NCBI GenBank assembly: GCA_965237675.1
Contig: OZ250150.1
Span: 5,120,001 to 5,184,000 of the forward strand
Reading direction: 5' to 3'
Source of the DNA: Candidatus Latescibacterota bacterium
Lineage (GTDB): Bacteria; Latescibacterota; UBA2968; GCA-2709665
Length of the DNA stretch: 64,000 nucleotides
Part shown: positions 50,165-59,644 of the stretch, piece after piece
How positions within the stretch are numbered: the first letter of the stretch is position 1
Layout: every line of letters begins with the position of its first letter
The notes under the pieces: model-generated
What the model saw: the letters and a program-made list of their open reading frames with translations, nothing else
Databases searched by the model: none
What the model was told of the DNA's origin: nothing
Program-made: the position numbers and the translations under genes

Positions 50165-50350
50165 CGCCGGGCGTTGAACAACACGAGCAACTCTTTGAAG
50201 TCTTGCTGCACATCCACGTTCTTGTCGTCTGAGGTATTCCACAGACAAGATTCGCTCATTTGGGCGGCCGGCTCAACCCGTATTCCAGATCCTCTTTCTG
50301 CTGAGAAAATGTTCTCAAGTCCTGTTTTTAAACAACATTTTCAATCAGCG
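50165..50350 (-). pseudogene. Decayed small gene overlapping the start of a nucleotidyltransferase-like gene
   Basis: IENVV*KQDLRTFSQQKEDLEYGLSRPP/NERILSVEYLRRQERGCAARLQRVARVVQR overlaps VDVQQDFKELLVLFNA. Pair recognised from memory. Confidence 0.55.
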
Positions 50351-50449
50351 TCCGCCCCACTACCAAGAATCGGAACCCGTGTAAAAACAGCGAAATAGAC
50401 CTAATCGAGAAAACCTGACAATACGATTAAATATGACAGAATTTCACCA

Positions 50450-51649
50450 CTAAGGCAATATTTCCGGGCACACCGGTGAACCCATCAGGTTGAGGTATAC
50501 CTCCACGCCTTTTCTCAACTGCTCCAGGTCAATCCACTCGTCGGCCGTGTGTCCCTGTGCGATATCACCGGGGCCAAGCACAACCGCGGGGATACCCGCA
50601 CGACTGAAACTGCTCGCATCCGTCCCGTAGCCCACGCCGGTCAGCTCGGCCGGCAGTCCCATTCCGTCCAGCACCGCGCCCACAAATGCGCCGAACCCCT
50701 CGCCGCCAGCCGGGTCCAGTGGCGAGTCCACCATGTCGGGTGCTTCCTGGACAACCTTCAGATCCGGATTGCACGCCCGGAGTTCGTCCAGCAACAATTC
50801 TACCGCTGGTTTCACCTGATCGGCGTCCTCCCCGGGTACGACGCGCCGGTCGACATGGATCTCGCAGTGTTCCGGAATAATGTTGATCTGCACCCCGCCA
50901 CGAATCATATTGATACTGCACTGTGCCCTCCCGGTCAGGGGATGTTCCGCCGTCAAACCGGGGATATATCGGTCCTCAATCGCCTTGTTAACCTCCATCA
51001 TCATCCGAATGGCAGACCGTCCACGGCTGGGATTCGAAGAATGCGCCGCTACGCCCTCCGTCCGAATCCGCCAGCGTACCACGCCGTTGTGAGCAACCAC
51101 GGCCCGAAGTCGTGTGGGCTCACCCACGACCACACCCACCGGCCGCCGGTCCAGATTCGGCAACTGGGACGCGACAAATGTGCGTACGCCCGTCTTTCCG
51201 ATCTCCTCGTCCAGGGTAAACACGATCGCCACATTGTTCGGGCCTCCCCGCTTGCGGTATTGCCGCAGCGCCCATAGCATTGCCGCGCCGGTTCCTTTTG
51301 TATCGCACGCGCCACGCCCATACAGTCTACCGTCCAGAATCCGTCCCTGGAACGGGTCTACCGTCATCCCTTCCACGCTTACCGTATCCAGGTGGCTCTC
51401 AAACAACAGCCACGGAGCCTGTCTATCCACCTGGTGAGTGACCAGCAGATTGAACCCGTCCCCAGTCACCGGCAATCGGTGGGTATCGAGCCCCATCCTT
51501 TCAGCCTGCCCCTCCATATACACCGAAAGCGCCCGCTCCGCATCCGGCTTCCCTGAAATCGCCGAATTGATGGTGTCGAATCCGACCATCGCCTGAAGCA
51601 GGGATTCACAGGATTCATGGGGCTCTGCCACCGGTGCCCCCTTGTTCAT
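50450..51649 (-). CDS. M20 family metallo-amidohydrolase (ArgE/DapE-like)
   Basis: SHLDTV, GRGACDTKG, DEE, GEPT, GHTADEW. Confidence 0.92.
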   Translation of the reverse strand: MNKGAPVAEPHESCESLLQAMVGFDTINSAISGKPDAERALSVYMEGQAERMGLDTHRLPVTGDGFNLLVTHQVDRQAPWLLFESHLDTVSVEGMTVDPFQGRILDGRLYGRGACDTKGTGAAMLWALRQYRKRGGPNNVAIVFTLDEEIGKTGVRTFVASQLPNLDRRPVGVVVGEPTRLRAVVAHNGVVRWRIRTEGVAAHSSNPSRGRSAIRMMMEVNKAIEDRYIPGLTAEHPLTGRAQCSINMIRGGVQINIIPEHCEIHVDRRVVPGEDADQVKPAVELLLDELRACNPDLKVVQEAPDMVDSPLDPAGGEGFGAFVGAVLDGMGLPAELTGVGYGTDASSFSRAGIPAVVLGPGDIAQGHTADEWIDLEQLRKGVEVYLNLMGSPVCPEILP

Positions 51650-52683
51650 CGCCAGCGATCCTCAAAGACCGAGATTGCGGTCCGCGCCGCCAGCATGGAC
51701 GTCTCAACGCGCTCCCGGTACCCGCCCTTCATTGTCATCCCCGTTTCAATGGTGAACGAGGGTCCGTACCTATTGGCCCCGTAATCGGCCAGATTCAACC
51801 CCTCTCCGCGCTGCTTCGCAATCAACCAGAACACACCGCGTTCACCCGTTTCGAAGAACGCACCAGGCAGATAGCTTTCAGGCGCAAGTTCGGCCCCAGA
51901 ATCGGTAACGGCCCGAATCATCGAATCGGCCATTCGCTGTTCCCACATCTCATCGTCTTCGTTTCGCTGGTGCCGCGCCGAGAACCAGAAACCGTCTCCT
52001 CCGTATTCGTGGAGATCCAGCGTCAGGCCCGGCTGGATTTCCGCCATCAGATTCCGTGTGCATCGGGATTCCACGGGTGCCCACGGCGTATCGTGAAACC
52101 GGTTGATGTGCAACACCTCGCCTTCCGGGGTGACAATCAGCGTATAGGCTCTCTGGCATGGCGCCGTGCCTTCGATGCCCTCCTCGCTCGAAGGGTAGAA
52201 TATTCGTCGTCCAAAAAGGGGTTCCAGAAATTCCGCCCCAACCTCGAAACGCCCGAGAAGACCCGTCGTCGAATACCCGTACTCACCTATAATCGCAAGA
52301 ACCGTCCCGTCCTGTTCGTAAAGCACCTCGCCCCGCGCCTTCAGGAATGCCCGAACATCTTCAACCGAACCCAGTTCCGGCTCCTCGCCCAGGCTCAAGC
52401 TCAGCGCGTACCCGTACCCATTCATCCCCATGGGATCGCGACTGGGAATCACATAAACCTGATGCTCGGTCTCCGATTCGTCCAGGAGCCCGACGGCTGC
52501 CCCTACGCCCGCCTGTTCCGTCGAATGGCTGCCGGCGCTGATAAATATCGCCGGTAGCTTCTCGCCCCCCGCTCTGAGACACACCACCGGCGCTCCATCC
52601 GGCGCACATCCGAGAACAGCCGGCTTGTGACCTCTAGTTTCCGTCCACCTCACAAGATCTGCGTATCGGTCAAATATCTGCAT
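51646..52683 (-). CDS. M14-type zinc carboxypeptidase/deacylase-like protein
   Basis: AGSHSTE (HxxE), INR, LDLHE, FTIET. Confidence 0.75.
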   Translation of the reverse strand: MQIFDRYADLVRWTETRGHKPAVLGCAPDGAPVVCLRAGGEKLPAIFISAGSHSTEQAGVGAAVGLLDESETEHQVYVIPSRDPMGMNGYGYALSLSLGEEPELGSVEDVRAFLKARGEVLYEQDGTVLAIIGEYGYSTTGLLGRFEVGAEFLEPLFGRRIFYPSSEEGIEGTAPCQRAYTLIVTPEGEVLHINRFHDTPWAPVESRCTRNLMAEIQPGLTLDLHEYGGDGFWFSARHQRNEDDEMWEQRMADSMIRAVTDSGAELAPESYLPGAFFETGERGVFWLIAKQRGEGLNLADYGANRYGPSFTIETGMTMKGGYRERVETSMLAARTAISVFEDRWR

Positions 52684-52745
52684 GAAATCCATCCTCCATG
52701 CTTCCCTGAGGAAAGCCTGCGATCCTGAATGAACCGGCCAGTGTT

Positions 52746-55733
52746 TCAACCTTTCGTACCTGCCCAACCGGAATTCAATATCGTTATCGTTTCGGTTGGA
52801 ATCGCAGGATAGTCCCGCACGGTAATCGCGTCTTCTGTGGCCGATTCAATCTCAAAACCCGTCCGGGGCGCCACGCCGGCCAGCAAATAGGAGCCGACGA
52901 CACCCTGCGGGTCCGGCAACGGGTCGGCAAGATGGAACGTCCGGTCCTCCACCGACTGCACCTTCAAAGTCGTGTTTGGCTCCCCACGCGAAATCTGTAA
53001 GTCGCCGCACTTCAGCGTCGTGCCGTTCAACAGATAGCCCTGAAGGGCTGCCCCCCGATCGTCCACCGACACAAAGGCAAACTGCCCGGCTACAGTCACC
53101 GGGCCCACCTTGCGCTCGATCTGATCCAGTGTTGAGATGATATAATCCGTCCGCCCAGCCAGCTTTACCTCAGCCGCAAGAACGCCGGAATCCGGATCAT
53201 TTTCCAGCAACCTCGCCCCAACCACCGGTGACCCTCCGGATTTGTAGGGCGCAACCACGGCGGCGTACCGGCTGGCAAGATCCGCATTGCCAACCCCGGC
53301 CCTGTTCTCCGCGAAAATCTGCCTGATCGCTGGTTTCTTCAACTCATCAATCGTCGAAACCCGCCATCCCGGAGCATCGCCGATCACGATCCGTTCCGGT
53401 GTATTGAGGAGTGTCAAATCCAGATTCACATCCCTGAACTGCCAGGTAAATGTGGTCGGTTCTTCCGGCGACATCCCGTGCGTATTCTCGAGCCACGTAC
53501 CCCAGGCCTCCGACACCTCCGTGGGCTGCGGGGCAGGCTCCGCCGGCCTGAATTCGATCGGCGAACCGTTGCAGTGGAAGTTGTACTGGTGGGTCCGCCC
53601 TCCTTTAACCCTGAAGAGATCCAAAATATAGACCTTTCCCTCAGGTGTGGTCACCATCACGCACGTGCGTCGATATTCTGTGCACTGGGGGTACACGTTC
53701 ACACCCGATGCCTGCACGATCTCGACACCGGGTGCAAGCCCGAACAGCTCCAGATTGGATCCGCACTCCCGTTTGGCCTGCTCCTCTTCATCCACGACCA
53801 CCAGATTGTGCGAAAAACTGCTTTTCATCCAGACCTGACCGCTTCGGCCGTCCGGAAGCAACTGGCCGCTTCCCGAGAAGTAGCCCCGATCAGAGGCCAG
53901 TTCCTCCCCATAGGCATAGATGCTGAAACTCAATACATCCTGCTGTCTATGACCCGTCTGCACCGTCCATTGATGCTCATTGCCGTTCAGAAAAAGTGCG
54001 GTATCCCCTTCCTTCCGCGCGCCTCGCAACACGCCGACGTGCCAGCCCGGGAACCACTCGGACCTCAGGGGCAGCGCAGTTGATTCGGCTCGGAGATCGT
54101 ATGGCCTGTACCACAGCGCGTATTGGGTGCCACTTTCTGAGAGTTGCCCCCCCTGTACAGTCTCCAGAAAACCGGCATACGCGCCGCCCAGTCGGGCGGC
54201 CAGTATCTCCACAGAACGAAGATCTGCACCTGTATCGTATCGGGTATCTCCAATAACGGGCATGCGGTTTTCCGGAGCCAGCAGCCTGACCAGAGACAGC
54301 AGGGAAAGATGAAAACGGCCGCCTGAAAACAGGTCCAACCCTTCGATCCGCTCGCCCTCCTCCGGCTGATACCCGGGCGGATCGCTGTATCCGTGCAGCA
54401 AATCCGTCAGTTCGTGCACATTTGAGAGGTTGTGTGCCCCGTAGGACGGCGACTCGGAGTAAAACCCGTCGTGGTGGTAGCGTTCTTCCAGCATTCGGTG
54501 AAAACCGTCCAGCGCACGCCGGACCCTCTCAGGCTGTTCCAGAAGCATCCCCACCGCGGCGATCAACGCAAAGACTGCCGTCCCCTTGTTGCTGAGAGAA
54601 TTCCAATGTTCCATATCCACACACCCGGCCAGAATAAGATCCTCCAGAATCCGACGCTCCGACTCCTCACCGAGCATCGGACGACCGTCCGGGTGTTCCG
54701 CGCCGCGAATCAAATCAAAGGCAACCGTCAATGCAATCAACGCCCCGGCGTCGCTTCCCTTCCCATGAACGCTCATCCGGCCGGCGCCCCAGAACCCATT
54801 GTTCATCGTAGAATAATCTTTAAACTGGTGCAAACCGTACGCATGGCGAATCGCGGCCCTCGGGAAACGTCCCCCGTGAGGTCCACCCGCCTCCTCCGCT
54901 CTGCCCATATTGGCAGCCACCTCCGCAGGCGGTAGATCCGCAATGCTGCCGTCGTAAGAATGATAGAGATAGTTCGGGAACACCCGGGCAAACCGATCCA
55001 GAATCCATGCCGCCCGCTGTGCGTATCCGATCTCCCCCGTGACCGCGTAGAGCTTTGCCAGCGTCAACGCCTGCTCCTGTGCCCAGCCCACCTTGCGATC
55101 GCGAAGTTGACCGCTGAAACTCGTCATCGTGGGTCGGTCCCCAAGCCACTTTAGAGCATGCTCCGCCCGATACTCCGGATCGGCCACTTCTTCCGAGGTC
55201 TGATAGTAGGTAAACCGTTGACCCATGCGCGGACACTCCAGCACACCGGTCTCGGGGTACTGCTCGTTCGGGTAAACTGTGCCGCATGCGCTGCAGGTAA
55301 TCTCATCCGGATCCTCAATTCGCCAGTCGAAGTGCCCGCTGCCCATCAACGATCGCTCACCCACGCAGTGCGGGCAGTTCTGACCGTAGTGGGTTCCGGG
55401 CGTCAACTCCGGGATGAAGGTATCGAAGAACGCACGATGCTGATGGGCCGCAAACTCAACATCCCGCTTCAACCCACTCACAATATCCTTCGCCCAGCTG
55501 TAGCGTCTCAGATTCTCTCGAGCATTTTCGATATCCCGCGGTTTGTACATCGTGCGCGGTCCAGCCTGGGCGCTCTTGAACCCCGCCAGCAGAAAAAACA
55601 CGAGGGACAACAAAAACACATACATTTCGATTCTCGAAGACCCCATGTCGAACGTCGACGATGGTACGCCGAGTATCGCCACACCAACCACTCCTGCCAC
55701 GGACCCCAGACCCGCGATATTTGTCCGTTTCAT
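52746..55733 (-). CDS. Heparinase II/III-like polysaccharide lyase (exported)
   Basis: DGFYSESPSY, GHRQQD, DRGY, SHNLVVVDE. Start may instead be 55625. Confidence 0.8.
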   Translation of the reverse strand: MKRTNIAGLGSVAGVVGVAILGVPSSTFDMGSSRIEMYVFLLSLVFFLLAGFKSAQAGPRTMYKPRDIENARENLRRYSWAKDIVSGLKRDVEFAAHQHRAFFDTFIPELTPGTHYGQNCPHCVGERSLMGSGHFDWRIEDPDEITCSACGTVYPNEQYPETGVLECPRMGQRFTYYQTSEEVADPEYRAEHALKWLGDRPTMTSFSGQLRDRKVGWAQEQALTLAKLYAVTGEIGYAQRAAWILDRFARVFPNYLYHSYDGSIADLPPAEVAANMGRAEEAGGPHGGRFPRAAIRHAYGLHQFKDYSTMNNGFWGAGRMSVHGKGSDAGALIALTVAFDLIRGAEHPDGRPMLGEESERRILEDLILAGCVDMEHWNSLSNKGTAVFALIAAVGMLLEQPERVRRALDGFHRMLEERYHHDGFYSESPSYGAHNLSNVHELTDLLHGYSDPPGYQPEEGERIEGLDLFSGGRFHLSLLSLVRLLAPENRMPVIGDTRYDTGADLRSVEILAARLGGAYAGFLETVQGGQLSESGTQYALWYRPYDLRAESTALPLRSEWFPGWHVGVLRGARKEGDTALFLNGNEHQWTVQTGHRQQDVLSFSIYAYGEELASDRGYFSGSGQLLPDGRSGQVWMKSSFSHNLVVVDEEEQAKRECGSNLELFGLAPGVEIVQASGVNVYPQCTEYRRTCVMVTTPEGKVYILDLFRVKGGRTHQYNFHCNGSPIEFRPAEPAPQPTEVSEAWGTWLENTHGMSPEEPTTFTWQFRDVNLDLTLLNTPERIVIGDAPGWRVSTIDELKKPAIRQIFAENRAGVGNADLASRYAAVVAPYKSGGSPVVGARLLENDPDSGVLAAEVKLAGRTDYIISTLDQIERKVGPVTVAGQFAFVSVDDRGAALQGYLLNGTTLKCGDLQISRGEPNTTLKVQSVEDRTFHLADPLPDPQGVVGSYLLAGVAPRTGFEIESATEDAITVRDYPAIPTETITILNSGWAGTKG

Positions 55734-55750
55734 TTCGGTTTCTCCTTGAC

Positions 55751-56572
55751 TCAGTGGCCGTAGAGCGAATCCGCTGTCTTACCTAAGATCCATGCTTTGT
55801 CATCATCCGACAGAAAATCCATCGCTTCCTCAACGACACGGAAACCAACAGCCTCGCCACGCTGAGGATCCTCCGGAAATCCCGTACACCCCAGCATCCT
55901 GCGGGATCCGAAAGCCTCGTATACGGCCTTGACATAGGGAAAGACATCCTCGTGCGGCCATGGCTTCGCGGAGATCCCGCAGATCCGTGTGGCCTTTACG
56001 AAGAGATTCGGGTATTTCGCCGCCTCAAGCAGATGCCGGAAACTGCCGTCCAACCCCTCCGAAAGGAAGGGCTCGCCCAGATGATCCACAATCACGTTCA
56101 CCTCGGGAAATCGCTGCAACATCGGCTCCAGCAACGGAATCTGATGGCAGCGGCCGAACCACGTGAACGGAACCCGCAGCCTTCGGGCCGTATCCCAAAG
56201 CGTTTTCTGATCATCGCGTGACAACCAGGACGCATCCTTATCCTTAACCGGATACAACCGCATCCCCTGCACCCCATGTTCGCGGTGCAATCGCTCCATC
56301 TCTTCAGCAGCGCCCGCTTTCAAGGGATCGATCAACGCCACCCCGTGCAGACGGTCCGGAAATCGTCGCATAGAGTCACACATATAACTATTGTCATATC
56401 CGTGATACATACATTGAATGAGCACGGTGCGGTCGATGTCATTGAGATCCATGAACCCAATGAGATCTTCGACGATGCCCGGATACTCGGGCCGTTGTGT
56501 TGACATTTCGTCGTTGTGGGTGAACGGCGGCGACCCCATGGTCCACACGTGCACGTGAGAATCGATTCGCAT
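55751..56572 (-). CDS. Amidohydrolase_2 family (sugar-lactonase-like)
   Basis: IDSHVHVW, GMRL, VIVDHLG. Confidence 0.88.
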   Translation of the reverse strand: MRIDSHVHVWTMGSPPFTHNDEMSTQRPEYPGIVEDLIGFMDLNDIDRTVLIQCMYHGYDNSYMCDSMRRFPDRLHGVALIDPLKAGAAEEMERLHREHGVQGMRLYPVKDKDASWLSRDDQKTLWDTARRLRVPFTWFGRCHQIPLLEPMLQRFPEVNVIVDHLGEPFLSEGLDGSFRHLLEAAKYPNLFVKATRICGISAKPWPHEDVFPYVKAVYEAFGSRRMLGCTGFPEDPQRGEAVGFRVVEEAMDFLSDDDKAWILGKTADSLYGH

Positions 56573-56610
56573 GGTCTCCTCCCTCTCGAAAAAGCGTCCA
56601 ATCTTTACTT

Positions 56611-57561
56611 TCACACCCGATTATCCCCGTCAGGCTCGAATGACGCGTGGACCCGTACCCGATCCGCCAGAACAAGCTTACACAGGGCATCAAGCGTAAT
56701 TCCCACCGGATGCATCTCCGTCTGTTTGGATAAATCCCGGATGGATCTGAGTATCAACTCCAGGTTCCGCGTTGCAGGATGCTCAGGATCGGAATAATCC
56801 TGATCGTTGTGAGTATCTGTCACAATGACGGGAAACCGGGGCCTATCGGCCAGAAAACGATCCAGCACGTTCTGAACAATCGCCCTGTGGTCGTACCGGT
56901 GTGGTACATAGGACCATTCGTATCCCCGTTCGCCCGCGTGGCCCTGTTGAACCGGCCGGTCGAACGCGGCAGATACGGGCACGTTGATGAAATCGCTTTC
57001 ACCGCGAATCAAGCGGCATCCCGGATGGGCCCGGTGGGGATAGGGCTCCGCCCCCGCCCAGATGCTATGGTGTAGGGGCAAAACCCGCCCAGGGTTTGAG
57101 AGGCTGCCGCCCGCAAATCCCAACCCGTTCAGCACACGAAACGTCTCATCATTGGCCGAAAAGTAGCCGGCCCTGAAGTAACGAGGCGGGCTACCCAGCG
57201 CGGATTCCCACACCTGCATCGCCTCGCTGACGATCCCGGACTGTTCTCCGGCGGAATACACCCCGAGGTCATATTTATATTTCCCGCCCCTAAGCTTGTA
57301 CGGATGTAAATGCAGCCCCAGACACGCGCCGTGCTCCCGCAGTGCCAGAAGCAGATCCGCATTCTCGGATGCGACTTCCGGATGCGCAAAGAGCGTCACC
57401 GGAAATCCATTCGCGGCCGCCGTTTCGACATAGGCACGGATCGACCGTCCGCTTTCTCGATAGTCAACAGGGCCGCTGCCCGACATCCGGATTGCATAGG
57501 GCGTCAGGTCTGATCTGGCGGTCTCGCAGTCCATTGTCAACAGCACGTAGACCGTCCTCAA
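56611..57561 (-). CDS. Polysaccharide deacetylase-like (NodB/CE4-related) protein
   Basis: TMDCE, LGLHLHP, FRAGYFS. Confidence 0.7.
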   Translation of the reverse strand: MRTVYVLLTMDCETARSDLTPYAIRMSGSGPVDYRESGRSIRAYVETAAANGFPVTLFAHPEVASENADLLLALREHGACLGLHLHPYKLRGGKYKYDLGVYSAGEQSGIVSEAMQVWESALGSPPRYFRAGYFSANDETFRVLNGLGFAGGSLSNPGRVLPLHHSIWAGAEPYPHRAHPGCRLIRGESDFINVPVSAAFDRPVQQGHAGERGYEWSYVPHRYDHRAIVQNVLDRFLADRPRFPVIVTDTHNDQDYSDPEHPATRNLELILRSIRDLSKQTEMHPVGITLDALCKLVLADRVRVHASFEPDGDNRV

Positions 57562-57624
57562 ATCACACCTCTACCCGACGCGACATTCATCGTAAACACC
57601 CTGCGCTACAATACCGGTTCAGCT

Positions 57625-58494
57625 CTATCCGCGCCAATCCATGTCGATACTGGTATAACCATGCGTATATTCTTGTAGATGGTCCGGCAAATTCTCCAAA
57701 AACCATCTGCCCGACTGCGGGATCTCCCACGGAACATCGATTCTGTGCTTGCGGTCTCTGAACCCGATGGCGCACGACAGTCTTGTCTCCTCCAGCCGGT
57801 TGGGAAACGCGCCATGGTACGTCCGGTGAGCAAATACAATCATATCCCCGCCCTGTGTAAACAACGGCACAAGCCCGGGAATATCAAACTCGGCATAAGG
57901 TCGCTCTTCCTCGCCCTCGGGGTAAAACGACCGCCTGTCCGCCGTCATCCTGAACCCCTCCGGCCCTTCCCAATCTTCCACATGGGAATCTTCAATGACA
58001 CACAATCCGCCATGAACCGGGCGCGATCCCGTCAGATAGAACCACTTGCCCGACGGCCAGAGGCCGCGATTCAAAATATCACCCGAATTCCTGATCCGTG
58101 TCGAATACCCGCACCAATCCGTATGCCACGCCACAGCCTGAGACCCCGACATCCGGATTATCGCGGCCGACCGATGTACGGTCAGCTTATCCGTACCGAT
58201 CAAATGCCGATGAATATCCATGAAGGGTTCATACTCCAGGAGCGTCCATGCTCCCGGCCCGGATTCAATCCACGCATGGCGTGTACGGCTCTGACCCGGC
58301 GCCAGCGCGCCCTCCGTATCGGTGCCGTCATACACCGCCTGCTTGAGCTTCTCAACCCGTTCCGGCGGCAGCACATCTTTGATGATCGCAAACCCATGCG
58401 CCTCCAGACATTCGCCCATTGCGTCCAGATTCTCAACGCCAAACTCGTACCGATATCCGGTGTCGGGCTTCTGAACGTGTGAATAATCTTCCAT
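57625..58494 (-). CDS. PhyH-family Fe(II)/2OG dioxygenase, canonical H-x-D
   Basis: HGFAIIKDVL, WHTD, GGLCVIEDSH, GDMIVF...YHGA, TRLS. Confidence 0.88.
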   Translation of the reverse strand: MEDYSHVQKPDTGYRYEFGVENLDAMGECLEAHGFAIIKDVLPPERVEKLKQAVYDGTDTEGALAPGQSRTRHAWIESGPGAWTLLEYEPFMDIHRHLIGTDKLTVHRSAAIIRMSGSQAVAWHTDWCGYSTRIRNSGDILNRGLWPSGKWFYLTGSRPVHGGLCVIEDSHVEDWEGPEGFRMTADRRSFYPEGEEERPYAEFDIPGLVPLFTQGGDMIVFAHRTYHGAFPNRLEETRLSCAIGFRDRKHRIDVPWEIPQSGRWFLENLPDHLQEYTHGYTSIDMDWRG

Positions 58495-58641
58495 CGCTCT
58501 ATCGCTCTCGTTTAATGTCTTTCCCGCCAGGCTTTTTTTTCGACACGCCCCTTCGAACACGTCGCAGGGGTTTGGGACAACGTGCACCTATCGAACGGCA
58601 GCGTGATCTCCGCGCGTCGGGAGACGTGACAAGAAATCCTC

Positions 58642-59451
58642 TCAATCCCCGACAGCAGTGCGCATCATTGGATCCGCCGAACTCATGTAACGGTCCACGG
58701 TATTCCGCGTCGCCGGCCGGGTACGAAAATCGGCAATCCACGGCTCACGAAAATAGGCTTGCTTCTCTCGCGGCAGACCGTCCAGCACTTCGGGAGGTAC
58801 ACGCAGCCGGTGCCAGTGTGTTGCCAGGTGCGAATAGGCGTGCAATACGGCAATACGTGGTGTATCGCGGGTCCACTCGGGCCCAACGTGGCACACATTC
58901 TCGGTAAAAAATATGGCGCTGCCGGCCGGGCACGCATATCCCATCAGGAAGGGGCTTCGCTCACCCGGCTCCATCGAAAGATGATCAGGATGCATTTCAA
59001 AATTCGCCTTATGGCTGCCGACGATGAAATGCGTGGCCCCATCTTCCGGTTGCACATCCGTCAACTCGAAAACCACGCGCACCATCCCCGCGTGAATGCG
59101 CCCGTTCTGGCAACGGTACCCAAATATCGGATCGATCTGGCTGGGCCCGCCGCCGTGAAGCCCCCCGCCGTGGGAATCCCCTTTTTTACGCCATACGCAG
59201 TAACAACCTTCCATTCGAATCTCGGGTCCGATAACCTCCCGCAAGACCTCCACGACCTTCGGGTGATCGATCAAAGCACTTGACGCCCCCCCTGGAACCG
59301 TACGATGTTCGGGCGGCAGTGCGTCCGGATCGTGTACGATGCGATCAATCTGCTCGACAATGGATTCAATCTCATCCTGATTCAGAATGGCAGGACGCAC
59401 CAGAAAGCCCGTCAGGTCAAACCGAAACTTCTCTTCATCCGTCATACCCAT
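58642..59451 (-). CDS. PhyH-family Fe(II)/2OG oxygenase, H-G-G variant
   Basis: FDLTGFLV, LHGGG, GATHFIVGSHK, AGSAIFF...CHVG, PRIAV. Confidence 0.88.
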   Translation of the reverse strand: MGMTDEEKFRFDLTGFLVRPAILNQDEIESIVEQIDRIVHDPDALPPEHRTVPGGASSALIDHPKVVEVLREVIGPEIRMEGCYCVWRKKGDSHGGGLHGGGPSQIDPIFGYRCQNGRIHAGMVRVVFELTDVQPEDGATHFIVGSHKANFEMHPDHLSMEPGERSPFLMGYACPAGSAIFFTENVCHVGPEWTRDTPRIAVLHAYSHLATHWHRLRVPPEVLDGLPREKQAYFREPWIADFRTRPATRNTVDRYMSSADPMMRTAVGD

Positions 59452-59644
59452 CTCGATTCCTCCGGAGTATGGTTCGCTAATGGCCCAGACTACCGAAATA
59501 TAAACAAACACCCTTAACGTGCAAACTCCCTTCGATGGGTCCCGACCCAAGACCGAAAAACCCTTTCAGAGAGGCACCCAGATGTTATCTTGTTTCCAAA
59601 TGAAAAAGCCGGAAAAGGCCTTTGGGAACAAAGGAGGTGACAGG

